The translations under genes were made by a program, and so were the position numbers. The notes beneath the pieces are model-generated. The model ran no database searches, was not told the DNA's origin, and saw only the letters and a program-made list of their open reading frames with translations. 64,000 nucleotides of DNA from positions 1-64,000 of IMG/VR virus record IMGVR_UViG_3300035670_000008. One strand, 5' to 3'. Positions 47,638 to 56,195 of the stretch are shown piece by piece; within the stretch, counting starts at the first letter, position 1; each line of letters begins with the position of its first letter.

Positions 47638-48006
47638 ATGTCCCAAGTCATCTATTCTTCTCATTACCCTGGACACAATACACCTTTGGCGGTGGTTGTT
47701 AGCGAATACTCTCGTCTAACCAATACCTTAGACGACACATTAGGGAACAAGCTGTTCTTTGCTATCCGTAAAGACGGCGTCGACTACCCTATTTCCTGGG
47801 TGGCTTTACCAGTTGGGTCGGGAACAAACGGTACGCAAGACTCTGTAGAGGCAATCATAGCTACGACCTTTTTACACCGGCAGATAGATAATAATGCCAA
47901 TCCTTACTTTGAGCTCCAAGCTGGAACTATGTTAACTATGAAGCCGGAGAACCCTGCTTCTCCAAATAAAACAATTTGGGTTCTTACCACACAAGAGGAT
48001 TACTAA
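47638..48006 (+). CDS. small tail-associated protein
   Basis: LPVGSGTNGT; paralogue of 45334..45762. Confidence 0.55.
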   Translation: MSQVIYSSHYPGHNTPLAVVVSEYSRLTNTLDDTLGNKLFFAIRKDGVDYPISWVALPVGSGTNGTQDSVEAIIATTFLHRQIDNNANPYFELQAGTMLTMKPENPASPNKTIWVLTTQEDY

Positions 48007-48009
48007 GCC

Positions 48010-48282
48010 GTGACTCAAATTATTAAGCTGCGGAACATCCCCACCCCGGTCGTTGATGTTGTCTACGTCAACGTTAACTACCCTGGGATGCTGCTCTACG
48101 GTGATGTTACCCAGGTCGTACCTAACTACTATGCTTATAATAACCCGCTGTTGTTGCTTACCGAACTAGAGCGGGACACGGGGGAGATTATCTACGCGCC
48201 AACTAGTTTCCAAACGACTGGTAGCGCAGAGTATGCAGCTCCGGCGCTGGGGTCGCTGACGGTTAACGCAAGGGGGTTCTAA
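48010..48282 (+). CDS. hypothetical structural protein
   Basis: packed ORF. Confidence 0.55.
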   Translation: MTQIIKLRNIPTPVVDVVYVNVNYPGMLLYGDVTQVVPNYYAYNNPLLLLTELERDTGEIIYAPTSFQTTGSAEYAAPALGSLTVNARGF

Positions 48283-49200
48283 GTGCCACTTATCTTTCTT
48301 AACGGCGGGGCACCCGACTACATGGGGTATGTCTTTACGACTACCTCTGACTTGATTAACACAATAGAGAATACCCTTCAGACAGCAGGCTGGCAGACGG
48401 TAGAGAAAGCCGGCGACGGGCTGACCTTATTCATGAAGGGTATTACCAGTCAGAACTCCCATGAGTGCTTCATGGAGTTTAAGGTATCCGCTAATGGGAG
48501 TGTTACCAACGGCTTTTTCTTAGACCAACGTGGCTTTCATGATGCTGCTCGCAGTGCTGGTTCTCCAGCAAATATCCTACGACATAGCTACGTGGTCGGG
48601 CACCCCAACCGGCTGTGGCTGACTGCTGATAACGACTCAGGCTGTATGGCTATTCTGGATGCGACTAATACAATGCGCGGCTCTCATTTCGGCTATCTAA
48701 ACCGGGTGGACACCACCGACCAATGGGCTTGGATGATAGGTTGGATACATCCTCTAGGTTACGCATACGCTTACACAGCTAAGTCCAAGTTTAATAACAC
48801 TAACTGGCGGCTGTTGAGTGATGATTACAATTCTTATGCAAACCGAGCCCAAAGTACTAATCCTACTATCCCGACGTCTACATTTGACTTCATGCAACGA
48901 GGGTTTGGTTTGTATAATTTTTATGCTTATGGCCACGTTAACAATCCATTCTACAACGGTCATTACGGTCGGTTGAATTACACAGGTCGTCCAGTTATAG
49001 ACCCGTACTGCTATCAGGAAGGCCGTGGCTCGACGACTGCTTATGGGGGTTATCAACTACTTTACTTCCGGGGTTATGTTAAACACGCTTACTGCGGGGT
49101 AGCGACGTTACCTGCAGCAGCTCAAGTTGTGGACACAACGGGCTACCGGATATTATCTGCGGGTGCGGCTGGTAACTGGCAAGGAATGAGGATAGCATAA
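48283..49200 (+). CDS. virion-associated paralogue 1 of 4
   Basis: MPL.F.NG...NRLWLTAD...TDQWAWM...WQGMRI. Confidence 0.75.
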   Translation: MPLIFLNGGAPDYMGYVFTTTSDLINTIENTLQTAGWQTVEKAGDGLTLFMKGITSQNSHECFMEFKVSANGSVTNGFFLDQRGFHDAARSAGSPANILRHSYVVGHPNRLWLTADNDSGCMAILDATNTMRGSHFGYLNRVDTTDQWAWMIGWIHPLGYAYAYTAKSKFNNTNWRLLSDDYNSYANRAQSTNPTIPTSTFDFMQRGFGLYNFYAYGHVNNPFYNGHYGRLNYTGRPVIDPYCYQEGRGSTTAYGGYQLLYFRGYVKHAYCGVATLPAAAQVVDTTGYRILSAGAAGNWQGMRIA

Positions 49201-50135
49201 TGCCTTTAGTATTTGTAAACGGGCAAGCACCGGACTACAGCGGGTTTATCTTTACGACATCCACTGGGGTTATTGATAAAGTCCAAGAGACGTTGGTTGC
49301 CGCGGGCTGGACGACTTATTACAAAGCTCCAGACGGGCTGTCGCTAACGATGGTGGGTACGACGGCGGCGGGGGTCCATACCTGCAGCATGGAGTTTAAC
49401 GTCGGAACCTACGGGTCGGTAACCAATGGGAAGTACTTAAACCTCCGGGCTTGGCATGAACCTACTAAAGTTACCGGAAGTCCTATTAATATCCACCGAT
49501 TGATTTTTGTTGAAGGTAAAATCAATCGGCTGTGGCTGACGGCTGACCAAGACTCAGGTTGTATTTCTATCTGGGGGGCTGAAGGCAGCATGACCGGCTG
49601 GCACTTTGGGTTTCTAGATCGGATAGATACTACCGACCAATGGGCTTGGATGATCGGACAGTTGGCTACTAGTAGCTATCCAACGGCTTACGTCGCTAAG
49701 TCTAAGCACGCCAATACCAACTGGTATCGATTAAGCAATGACTTTGGGTCTGGCACCAGTGCCAACAGCGCCGAGTTTAACTCGGACTATGCTACCTACC
49801 CGCAGACGACGTTAGACTTTACGATGCGGGGGCAGTGGTATGAAAATTCTTTAACTTATGGTGACACCCGTAATGCTTTCTTCAACCCCTGGCAGGGGCG
49901 GTTGAATTACAACGGACAAGCCATTATAGACCCATACTGTTACATGGAAGGTCGAGGGTCTATGGCTGCTTATACGGTCGGTAGTTATCTGCCATTGTAT
50001 TACCGAGGCTACGTCAAGAATGCTTACTGCGGGGTGGCTAGTTTACCGGCGGCTGCCCAGTTAGTAGACGCAGCTACAGGCTACCGGATTCTGTCGGTTG
50101 GTGGTGCTTGGTGGCAAGGAATGAGGATTTTGTGA
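49200..50135 (+). CDS. virion-associated paralogue 2 of 4
   Basis: same scaffold motifs. Confidence 0.75.
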   Translation: MPLVFVNGQAPDYSGFIFTTSTGVIDKVQETLVAAGWTTYYKAPDGLSLTMVGTTAAGVHTCSMEFNVGTYGSVTNGKYLNLRAWHEPTKVTGSPINIHRLIFVEGKINRLWLTADQDSGCISIWGAEGSMTGWHFGFLDRIDTTDQWAWMIGQLATSSYPTAYVAKSKHANTNWYRLSNDFGSGTSANSAEFNSDYATYPQTTLDFTMRGQWYENSLTYGDTRNAFFNPWQGRLNYNGQAIIDPYCYMEGRGSMAAYTVGSYLPLYYRGYVKNAYCGVASLPAAAQLVDAATGYRILSVGGAWWQGMRIL

Positions 50136-50136
50136 T

Positions 50137-51051
50137 ATGCCTTTAACTTTTATTAACGGCGGCGGGCCTGCTTACCGAGGGGATATCTTTACTACTGGGG
50201 CGGAGTTAATCGACAAGCTAGATACTTATCTAACTACGGCTGGTTGGACGACTATTACTAAAGTCGCAGGTACAAGTCTGTTGGTGCAAGGCAATAGTCT
50301 GAACGATCATAAGTGTTACGTCCAGTTTGTCATTAAAGTGAACAGTGGGGTAGCCGACGGACGGTTTTTAGTCGTGCGGGGATTTCACGCTCAGGATTTA
50401 GTCACCGGCTCCCCAGATGACTACCACCGGGTTACCTTTCGGGAAAACGGTATTAATCGGATGTGGTTGACAGCGGATGAAGACTCTGGCTGTTTGTGTA
50501 TTTGGGGGTCTACTGCTTCCTGTGCAGGTATGCACTTTGGATTTCTAGACCGAATCGAACCAACTGACCAATGGGCTTGGATGGTAGGTTGGATTCACTC
50601 CTTAGGTATTCTCTACTCATTTGTAGCTAAGTCCAAACACGGCGGCACGGACTGGCATAATATTAAGTCGGTCTATGACTATACAGCTAGTGACAACCCT
50701 TGGAGCCGATATTCCGTTCTACCCACTTCTACTTTTGACGCCGTTGCTAGAGGGAAGCCTTATAACGGCTACTCTGATGGAACCAACCTAAACGCCTTTT
50801 ACGCTCCAAACGAAGGTAAAAATAACTACACTGGCAACCCTTTAATTGACAGGTATCACTACTTAGAGGGCCGGGCTTCCACAACGGATTACGCAGCTGC
50901 CCAAGCAACTTTATACTTCCGGGGCTACGTCAAGAATGCTTACTGCGGGGTGTCTCAACATGCGGCCACCCGGATAACGACTAATCCACTTAACAACGAA
51001 GTTATTTTGTCAGTAGGTGGGGCTAGCTGGCAGGGGATGAGGATAGTATAA
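50137..51051 (+). CDS. virion-associated paralogue 3 of 4
   Basis: same scaffold motifs. Confidence 0.75.
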   Translation: MPLTFINGGGPAYRGDIFTTGAELIDKLDTYLTTAGWTTITKVAGTSLLVQGNSLNDHKCYVQFVIKVNSGVADGRFLVVRGFHAQDLVTGSPDDYHRVTFRENGINRMWLTADEDSGCLCIWGSTASCAGMHFGFLDRIEPTDQWAWMVGWIHSLGILYSFVAKSKHGGTDWHNIKSVYDYTASDNPWSRYSVLPTSTFDAVARGKPYNGYSDGTNLNAFYAPNEGKNNYTGNPLIDRYHYLEGRASTTDYAAAQATLYFRGYVKNAYCGVSQHAATRITTNPLNNEVILSVGGASWQGMRIV

Positions 51052-51971
51052 TGCCTTTAGTGTTTTTAAATGGGGCATCGCCGGACTACACTGGCTTCAC
51101 TTTTACAGATGGGGCGGTGCTGTTAAATACCATTCGGGATACCTTGGTATCGGCGGGTTGGACAATGTTAACAGAGACCGCTGGCTCTACGGTGTATCTA
51201 CAAGGAACTAGTGTCACGAATAGTCACCCGTGTTACATGCAGTTCTCGGTGAAGACTAACGGCGGCAAGACCAACGGGCGATACTTAGTTATCCGGGGCT
51301 GGCAGACTTACAACGCTCCTACTACGTTTACTACGGCGTCGCCAGACGATACCCTCCGGTTAGAGTTTATCCAGACGGGTACGAATCGGCTGTGGCTGAC
51401 TGCTGACCAAGAAGCTGGGGCAGTGTGTATCTTTGCTAGTGATGGTACGTCCGGCGGGATGCACTTTGGTTTCTTAGACCGGATTAGTCAGACTGACCAG
51501 TGGGCTTGGATGGTAGGCTTTATCCATGCCCGTGGCTACGAGTGGGCTTACGTTGCTAAGTCTGGTTTTAACTCAACCAACTGGCGGCTGCTGGTTAGTG
51601 ATTACAATGTGGGCACTAACTATAGTGATTACTTAATGTCCTTACCCGTCAGCACCTTTGATTTAACGATGCGGGGTAAGCCTAGAGACCACTACAACGA
51701 TACAACTAATACCAACGCGTTCAGGAGTGCCCCCAACGGAAGGCTTAACTACGACGGCAAAGCAGTCGTTGACCCCTACTATTACTTAGAGGGCCGGGGC
51801 TCCACAACGGCTTACGCTATTCTATCGGCTCTTTACTTCCGTGGGTTAGTTAAGTTTGCTTATTGTGGCCTGGCGTCCCAGAACGCTTGTCTGTTCTGCA
51901 CTGACCCAACGACGAACTACCGAATTCTGTCCGTCGGGGGCTTGCAGTGGCAGGGTATGCGCATTCTCTAA
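51051..51971 (+). CDS. virion-associated paralogue 4 of 4
   Basis: same scaffold motifs. Confidence 0.75.
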   Translation: MPLVFLNGASPDYTGFTFTDGAVLLNTIRDTLVSAGWTMLTETAGSTVYLQGTSVTNSHPCYMQFSVKTNGGKTNGRYLVIRGWQTYNAPTTFTTASPDDTLRLEFIQTGTNRLWLTADQEAGAVCIFASDGTSGGMHFGFLDRISQTDQWAWMVGFIHARGYEWAYVAKSGFNSTNWRLLVSDYNVGTNYSDYLMSLPVSTFDLTMRGKPRDHYNDTTNTNAFRSAPNGRLNYDGKAVVDPYYYLEGRGSTTAYAILSALYFRGLVKFAYCGLASQNACLFCTDPTTNYRILSVGGLQWQGMRIL

Positions 51972-51972
51972 C

Positions 51973-52449
51973 CTACTGAAGTAAATGGCTCTCCAGGAAG
52001 TAGATATATTTGTTGACCTTCGCTTGCGCAGTCATCAAATCGTTCTGGGTGGTCAAGTCTAGCGTAGCCGTCTGACCGATGGCTTCAATCAGATAGGCGC
52101 TGACCGCAGCTAACCGTTTAACGACCTCCGTAATTAATCCCTTCGGTTCCGTTTGGTCTAACGGGAACAACGGCAGCCGGCTTTCCTGAGCAGCGTACTC
52201 TACTGTACCGTAGGCTTGCCCGCCAAGACTAATAACAGCTTCCGCGAAGGCATCAGTCAGTTCACTGGCTAGGTCGTAGACTTCATCAAACAGCCGATGG
52301 ACAGAGATGAACTCTGCGCCTTTGACATTCCAGTGGGCTTGTTTAGCTGCGTAGGTCAGGCTGATACAGTCGGCAACCAATTGGTTTAGGATAACTACTA
52401 TCTGTCGGCGGTCACCTTCAGGTAGGGGGTTGAAGGTTGGGTGCATCAT
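51973..52449 (-). CDS. dps: Dps ferritin-like DNA protection protein
   Basis: KQAHWNVKG..F..VH.LFDE.Y...D..AE...LGG. Confidence 0.92.
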   Translation of the reverse strand: MMHPTFNPLPEGDRRQIVVILNQLVADCISLTYAAKQAHWNVKGAEFISVHRLFDEVYDLASELTDAFAEAVISLGGQAYGTVEYAAQESRLPLFPLDQTEPKGLITEVVKRLAAVSAYLIEAIGQTATLDLTTQNDLMTAQAKVNKYIYFLESHLLQ

Positions 52450-52451
52450 CT

Positions 52452-53066
52452 CTAATCTTCTCCGCGGTAAAATTCTTCTTCATCAGCTTCGCTGTCAGGC
52501 CCCCCGTCGAGCATCTCTACTAGCTCTTCTTCGTGTTGGCTATACAGCCGTTGGATTTTATCCAATAGATTAGTTTTAGTCTCTAGCTGTAGCTTCTCTA
52601 GTAGCTGCTGAGTATACCCGGCAGTTAGTTTTGACCAAGTAAACGGGATTGTAATCTCGATGACTTCGGTGTTGTCGCTGATAGCGGAGATAGTAGCGGA
52701 ACCCATGCCGCAGTTCTCATTTAGTAAGGAACAAAGTTCCGAGGCAGCTACGCCGCTGGGCATACCTGGGTGGGTCATTGTAGTTAATGTCCCAACAGGG
52801 ATAAACATCAGTAGAAACTCACCGTAGCTACGAATACAGAACATATACTCGTCTTCAAAATACACGCTTAGGTTGTATTTCCCACTGGAGTCCTCTACTT
52901 TGCAGCTTATAGCACCGTCGATATTAAACTTCGACACCATGAACTGTAGGAAATTCTGACTGCTCTCGATTTCCCGCTTGAAGAAATAGACCCGAAGCTG
53001 CTTATAGATGTCGTTGGCGAGCTCTAACATAACATTTGCCTGTTTTATCCTTAATGTAGTTCTCAA
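52452..53066 (-). CDS. hypothetical protein
   Basis: packed ORF. Confidence 0.55.
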   Translation of the reverse strand: MRTTLRIKQANVMLELANDIYKQLRVYFFKREIESSQNFLQFMVSKFNIDGAISCKVEDSSGKYNLSVYFEDEYMFCIRSYGEFLLMFIPVGTLTTMTHPGMPSGVAASELCSLLNENCGMGSATISAISDNTEVIEITIPFTWSKLTAGYTQQLLEKLQLETKTNLLDKIQRLYSQHEEELVEMLDGGPDSEADEEEFYRGED

Positions 53067-53374
53067 GAGCCATACTTGCGAAATAGTTCTTTAATTGGCA
53101 GACGATAATAGTCTAACTCACTATTGCGCTCGATTTTATCGATGACGTCTGCCCAGACAACAGTGCCATCTTTTCGCCTTGCTTTAAAGATTTTCCCCTC
53201 AAGTTGTAGACGGGCAATATGCTTTGTCAGCCTCAAGCGGACGTTATCTAGCTGTTTGTTAGAAAGAGCTGAGACATCGTGCCTAACAGCGAGAATCTCC
53301 TCCAAGCTAAGGGGCTGCTCAGACTCTTTCAATATGGTGTTAATACTAATTGGCTTCTTGTTGTCGATATTCAT
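53063..53374 (-). CDS. putative winged-helix protein
   Basis: ILKESEQPLSLEEI...LTKHIARLQLEGKI. Confidence 0.5.
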   Translation of the reverse strand: MNIDNKKPISINTILKESEQPLSLEEILAVRHDVSALSNKQLDNVRLRLTKHIARLQLEGKIFKARRKDGTVVWADVIDKIERNSELDYYRLPIKELFRKYGS

Positions 53375-53537
53375 TTGTAGACAGGGCCTTCTCTAGTATT
53401 TTCTTAGCTCGGAAAATCGTCCAAGGGTGACGCAGGAGACTATCGATGTCACTCTTGGTGTAGCTTTGGACTCTTTGAAAAATCTCATCGTCCGTTAACC
53501 GCAGAAGCGTGTGCTGCTCGTACAGTACATTAAACAT
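53346..53537 (-). CDS. hypothetical protein
   Basis: packed ORF. Confidence 0.45.
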   Translation of the reverse strand: MFNVLYEQHTLLRLTDDEIFQRVQSYTKSDIDSLLRHPWTIFRAKKILEKALSTNEYRQQEAN

Positions 53538-53541
53538 GTGG

Positions 53542-55230
53542 TTATCCTGCTAGTAGTTTCTTGATGGCTTCGGCGGGGCTTAGGTCTTGGATTGAGGCTT
53601 CAGTCACATCGTCTCCTAGGTCATAATCCATAAGTAGTCGGCTGCCTTTAATCTTTTCCGTAGCTAACATGACTTGGTGTTGGTCAATTAAGCCACTGGT
53701 ATAAATATAGTGGGTGTTTACTATTTCGTTCTTATTGCCCGGGCGGACGGCTCGGCTTAGCGATTGTTGAATCTTAATGCTGCTCCAGGGGATGCAGTAG
53801 TAGATAACATCAGAGGCCGCAGTTAGGTCAATCGACTCTGCAGTTAAGTTAATACTGAATACCCCGACCTTAACGGTAGGGTCGTGCTGGAAGCGGGCGA
53901 TTAAATCAACCCTAGCGTCTTGACTTAAAACCGCCGGTGTCTCTTCTGGGTCTTGAGCATACAACCGAATAACCCGTTCAGCGCCGATGGTCTGTTGGAG
54001 CTTTCTAGCTGCGATACGGGCTGACAATACATAGGAGCAGAACACAATAACCTTACCGGATGCCTTCTGTACAAGGTCGACCAGTTTGTTTAGCTTGTTC
54101 GAGCCATGGGTAGGACAGTTAGCTACTTGAATGAGCGGTACTAGGAGTCTTAATGCTTCAGCATTCCGGCGGTCTGCGCTAAGCCGAAGAGCGTTCCGGT
54201 GTGCGTCTAGATAGGCGGTGTGTAGCTCTAACTGCTCTGGTGTGGGTGGGACGCCCACTAGGTTCAACTCGTTCTTAGGGATTGTAATACAGCTAACGAC
54301 TTCTGGGTCGTCAATCCGAACTCGGTGGACGAACCGCCGCATTAGCTCGTAGTACTCAGGTGCCTTCATTGGGTCTAGCTTCTGAATGTACCGCTCCGGG
54401 GCATTCTCTCCAGTCTGTCCGGTATAGTTAGTGTATAGCTTAGTTTTAGTGCTGTATCGCTTGGAGAATACACCAAGGTCTCTGAACGGGAAGTACTTGC
54501 CGTAAATCAACCGGCATAGGTGAAAGACATGGGGTAGCTCGGTTAACGTTCCAGTCAGAGCTACTCGCCGTTTAGCCCGGCTGATGACGTAACGTAGGTG
54601 CTCCATCCGGCTGCTGCCTTGCTGAAGATTATGAGCCTCATCGATGACGATGTAAGAGGGTTTGAATCGCTTAACTAACAATCTACTGATGAAGTTCCTG
54701 CTGCCGGTTAGACTTCTAGCCCGCCGTTTCGGGAAGTCGTGGTTGTAGATGATGATGCCAGCTCCTGGCGGTAGCCCAAGTAGTTCCTTTTCGGTGCCGA
54801 CGACGGCGTAGGATAAACGAACATCTTCGACCCGGTTTAGCCGTTCAATCTCTTCTACCCATCGCTGAGCAGAGAGAATGTTAGGCACGATGATATGTAC
54901 CTGAGCTCGACGTTGTAGCTGTCGACCATAGATAGCTACCATCGCTAGCAGCGCCGTGTTAGTCTTTCCAGAACCTAGTGCGTGGGTGAGAATGTGCCGG
55001 CGCCGCACACACACCGCCGCGGCGTTCTTAGCTTGATAAGGTCGGTAGGTCAGCTCCGGGTAGATTTGGGAGACTAAGTCCGTATAAATAGTGTCAACCT
55101 TATAAAAATAATGCTTGAAGGACTCCGTTTGGGTCAGAAGGCTATCTTCTACCAGCTCGTAGTTGAGGAGGCTCAAAGGGTCATTAATAATGATTTGGTC
55201 AGTCATCGTTTCATGAATCTCGCTAAGCAT
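53542..55230 (-). CDS. SNF2-family helicase/ATPase
   Basis: YQ, LGSGKT, DEAH, ALTGT, IDLTAA, Q..SRAVRPG. Confidence 0.9.
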   Translation of the reverse strand: MLSEIHETMTDQIIINDPLSLLNYELVEDSLLTQTESFKHYFYKVDTIYTDLVSQIYPELTYRPYQAKNAAAVCVRRRHILTHALGSGKTNTALLAMVAIYGRQLQRRAQVHIIVPNILSAQRWVEEIERLNRVEDVRLSYAVVGTEKELLGLPPGAGIIIYNHDFPKRRARSLTGSRNFISRLLVKRFKPSYIVIDEAHNLQQGSSRMEHLRYVISRAKRRVALTGTLTELPHVFHLCRLIYGKYFPFRDLGVFSKRYSTKTKLYTNYTGQTGENAPERYIQKLDPMKAPEYYELMRRFVHRVRIDDPEVVSCITIPKNELNLVGVPPTPEQLELHTAYLDAHRNALRLSADRRNAEALRLLVPLIQVANCPTHGSNKLNKLVDLVQKASGKVIVFCSYVLSARIAARKLQQTIGAERVIRLYAQDPEETPAVLSQDARVDLIARFQHDPTVKVGVFSINLTAESIDLTAASDVIYYCIPWSSIKIQQSLSRAVRPGNKNEIVNTHYIYTSGLIDQHQVMLATEKIKGSRLLMDYDLGDDVTEASIQDLSPAEAIKKLLAG

Positions 55231-56009
55231 TTAATATCTTCGATATAGCTATACAAGGGGGAGCCTGGTAGCGGCGGATATAGCCAGTCGTTACTAGTAA
55301 CGTGTATACGTCCTTTCCTGAACTTGTATCCGGTTTCGATTCTGGGCTCGCATCTTGCAGCTCGGCTCGGGTTCAAGGTAAAGATTGCTGGGTGGTTAGC
55401 CAACGTTAAGTCTTTACGTCTCCGACAACCATTGAGTTTTAGTTCTTTCAGCATGGGGCCTTCTTCCGGGAATAGCAGGCAGACGGCATCAAAGGCAGTC
55501 GAGCCCGCCACTAGAACAGGCACCTGGGGAACGTAGTTATCTAGGACGCTAAACTCGTTGCACAGCCAACGTAGGGCGCACTTTTTCACTTGAGTATTGA
55601 ACAGTGGTTTGTTTTTACCAGGGTTGCACTTCAAGGCGTTGGTCATCCACACCTCGTTGTAAGTGTCCAGGTTATACATGGCTTCTAGTATCATGCGGAG
55701 GAAGCCGCCCGCGTTATTCGGACGCAGCAGTCCACTCTTTTGATACTCTCCCTGTTCCTCCCTGGTAGAGACGAAAGGGTAACCATTAGTGGCTTCATAC
55801 GGACCGCAGAAGTCACTTATCACAATCAGACGTACCTTAGATAGGTCATCCGGGCCTGCTCCACCGACAGCAGTTTCTTTTGGGTCTTTCTCTTCTTTCT
55901 TGGCGTTATGATACTCTCGTCTATCTCCAACATCGCAGGCTCGGCAGGTTGGGTCGAAGGGGATTAGTGGGTGGGGGCTTCTTAGATAAGAAGGAGGTCG
56001 TTCAGCCAT
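55203..56009 (-). CDS. uracil-DNA glycosylase family 4-like protein
   Basis: CRAC, G.PFV, AG..L, TNALKCNP, C..WL..E, TLNPS. Confidence 0.8.
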   Translation of the reverse strand: MAERPPSYLRSPHPLIPFDPTCRACDVGDRREYHNAKKEEKDPKETAVGGAGPDDLSKVRLIVISDFCGPYEATNGYPFVSTREEQGEYQKSGLLRPNNAGGFLRMILEAMYNLDTYNEVWMTNALKCNPGKNKPLFNTQVKKCALRWLCNEFSVLDNYVPQVPVLVAGSTAFDAVCLLFPEEGPMLKELKLNGCRRRKDLTLANHPAIFTLNPSRAARCEPRIETGYKFRKGRIHVTSNDWLYPPLPGSPLYSYIEDIKCLARFMKR

Positions 56010-56193
56010 CGATGGCCTCCAATAAAAGGCGTGGGTTTTCTCCTTGGATGGGGGAGCGTATAATCTGCTTAACCAAGTAGAGGCGACCTGTTTTATCTTT
56101 AACAGTCGCCCCTTCTTTTAAGACATGAATACGCCTCCCCCAGCTTAAGTGATGTGGGTACTTAAGCTGGTAGCGGGAAGGCTCTTTAGACAT
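56002..56193 (-). CDS. hypothetical protein
   Basis: packed ORF. Confidence 0.5.
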   Translation of the reverse strand: MSKEPSRYQLKYPHHLSWGRRIHVLKEGATVKDKTGRLYLVKQIIRSPIQGENPRLLLEAIDG

Positions 56194-56195
56194 TG

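Noticed and set aside
48283-51971. Diversity-generating retroelement
   Set aside because: No reverse transcriptase in the window and no template/variable repeat pair differing only at adenines.
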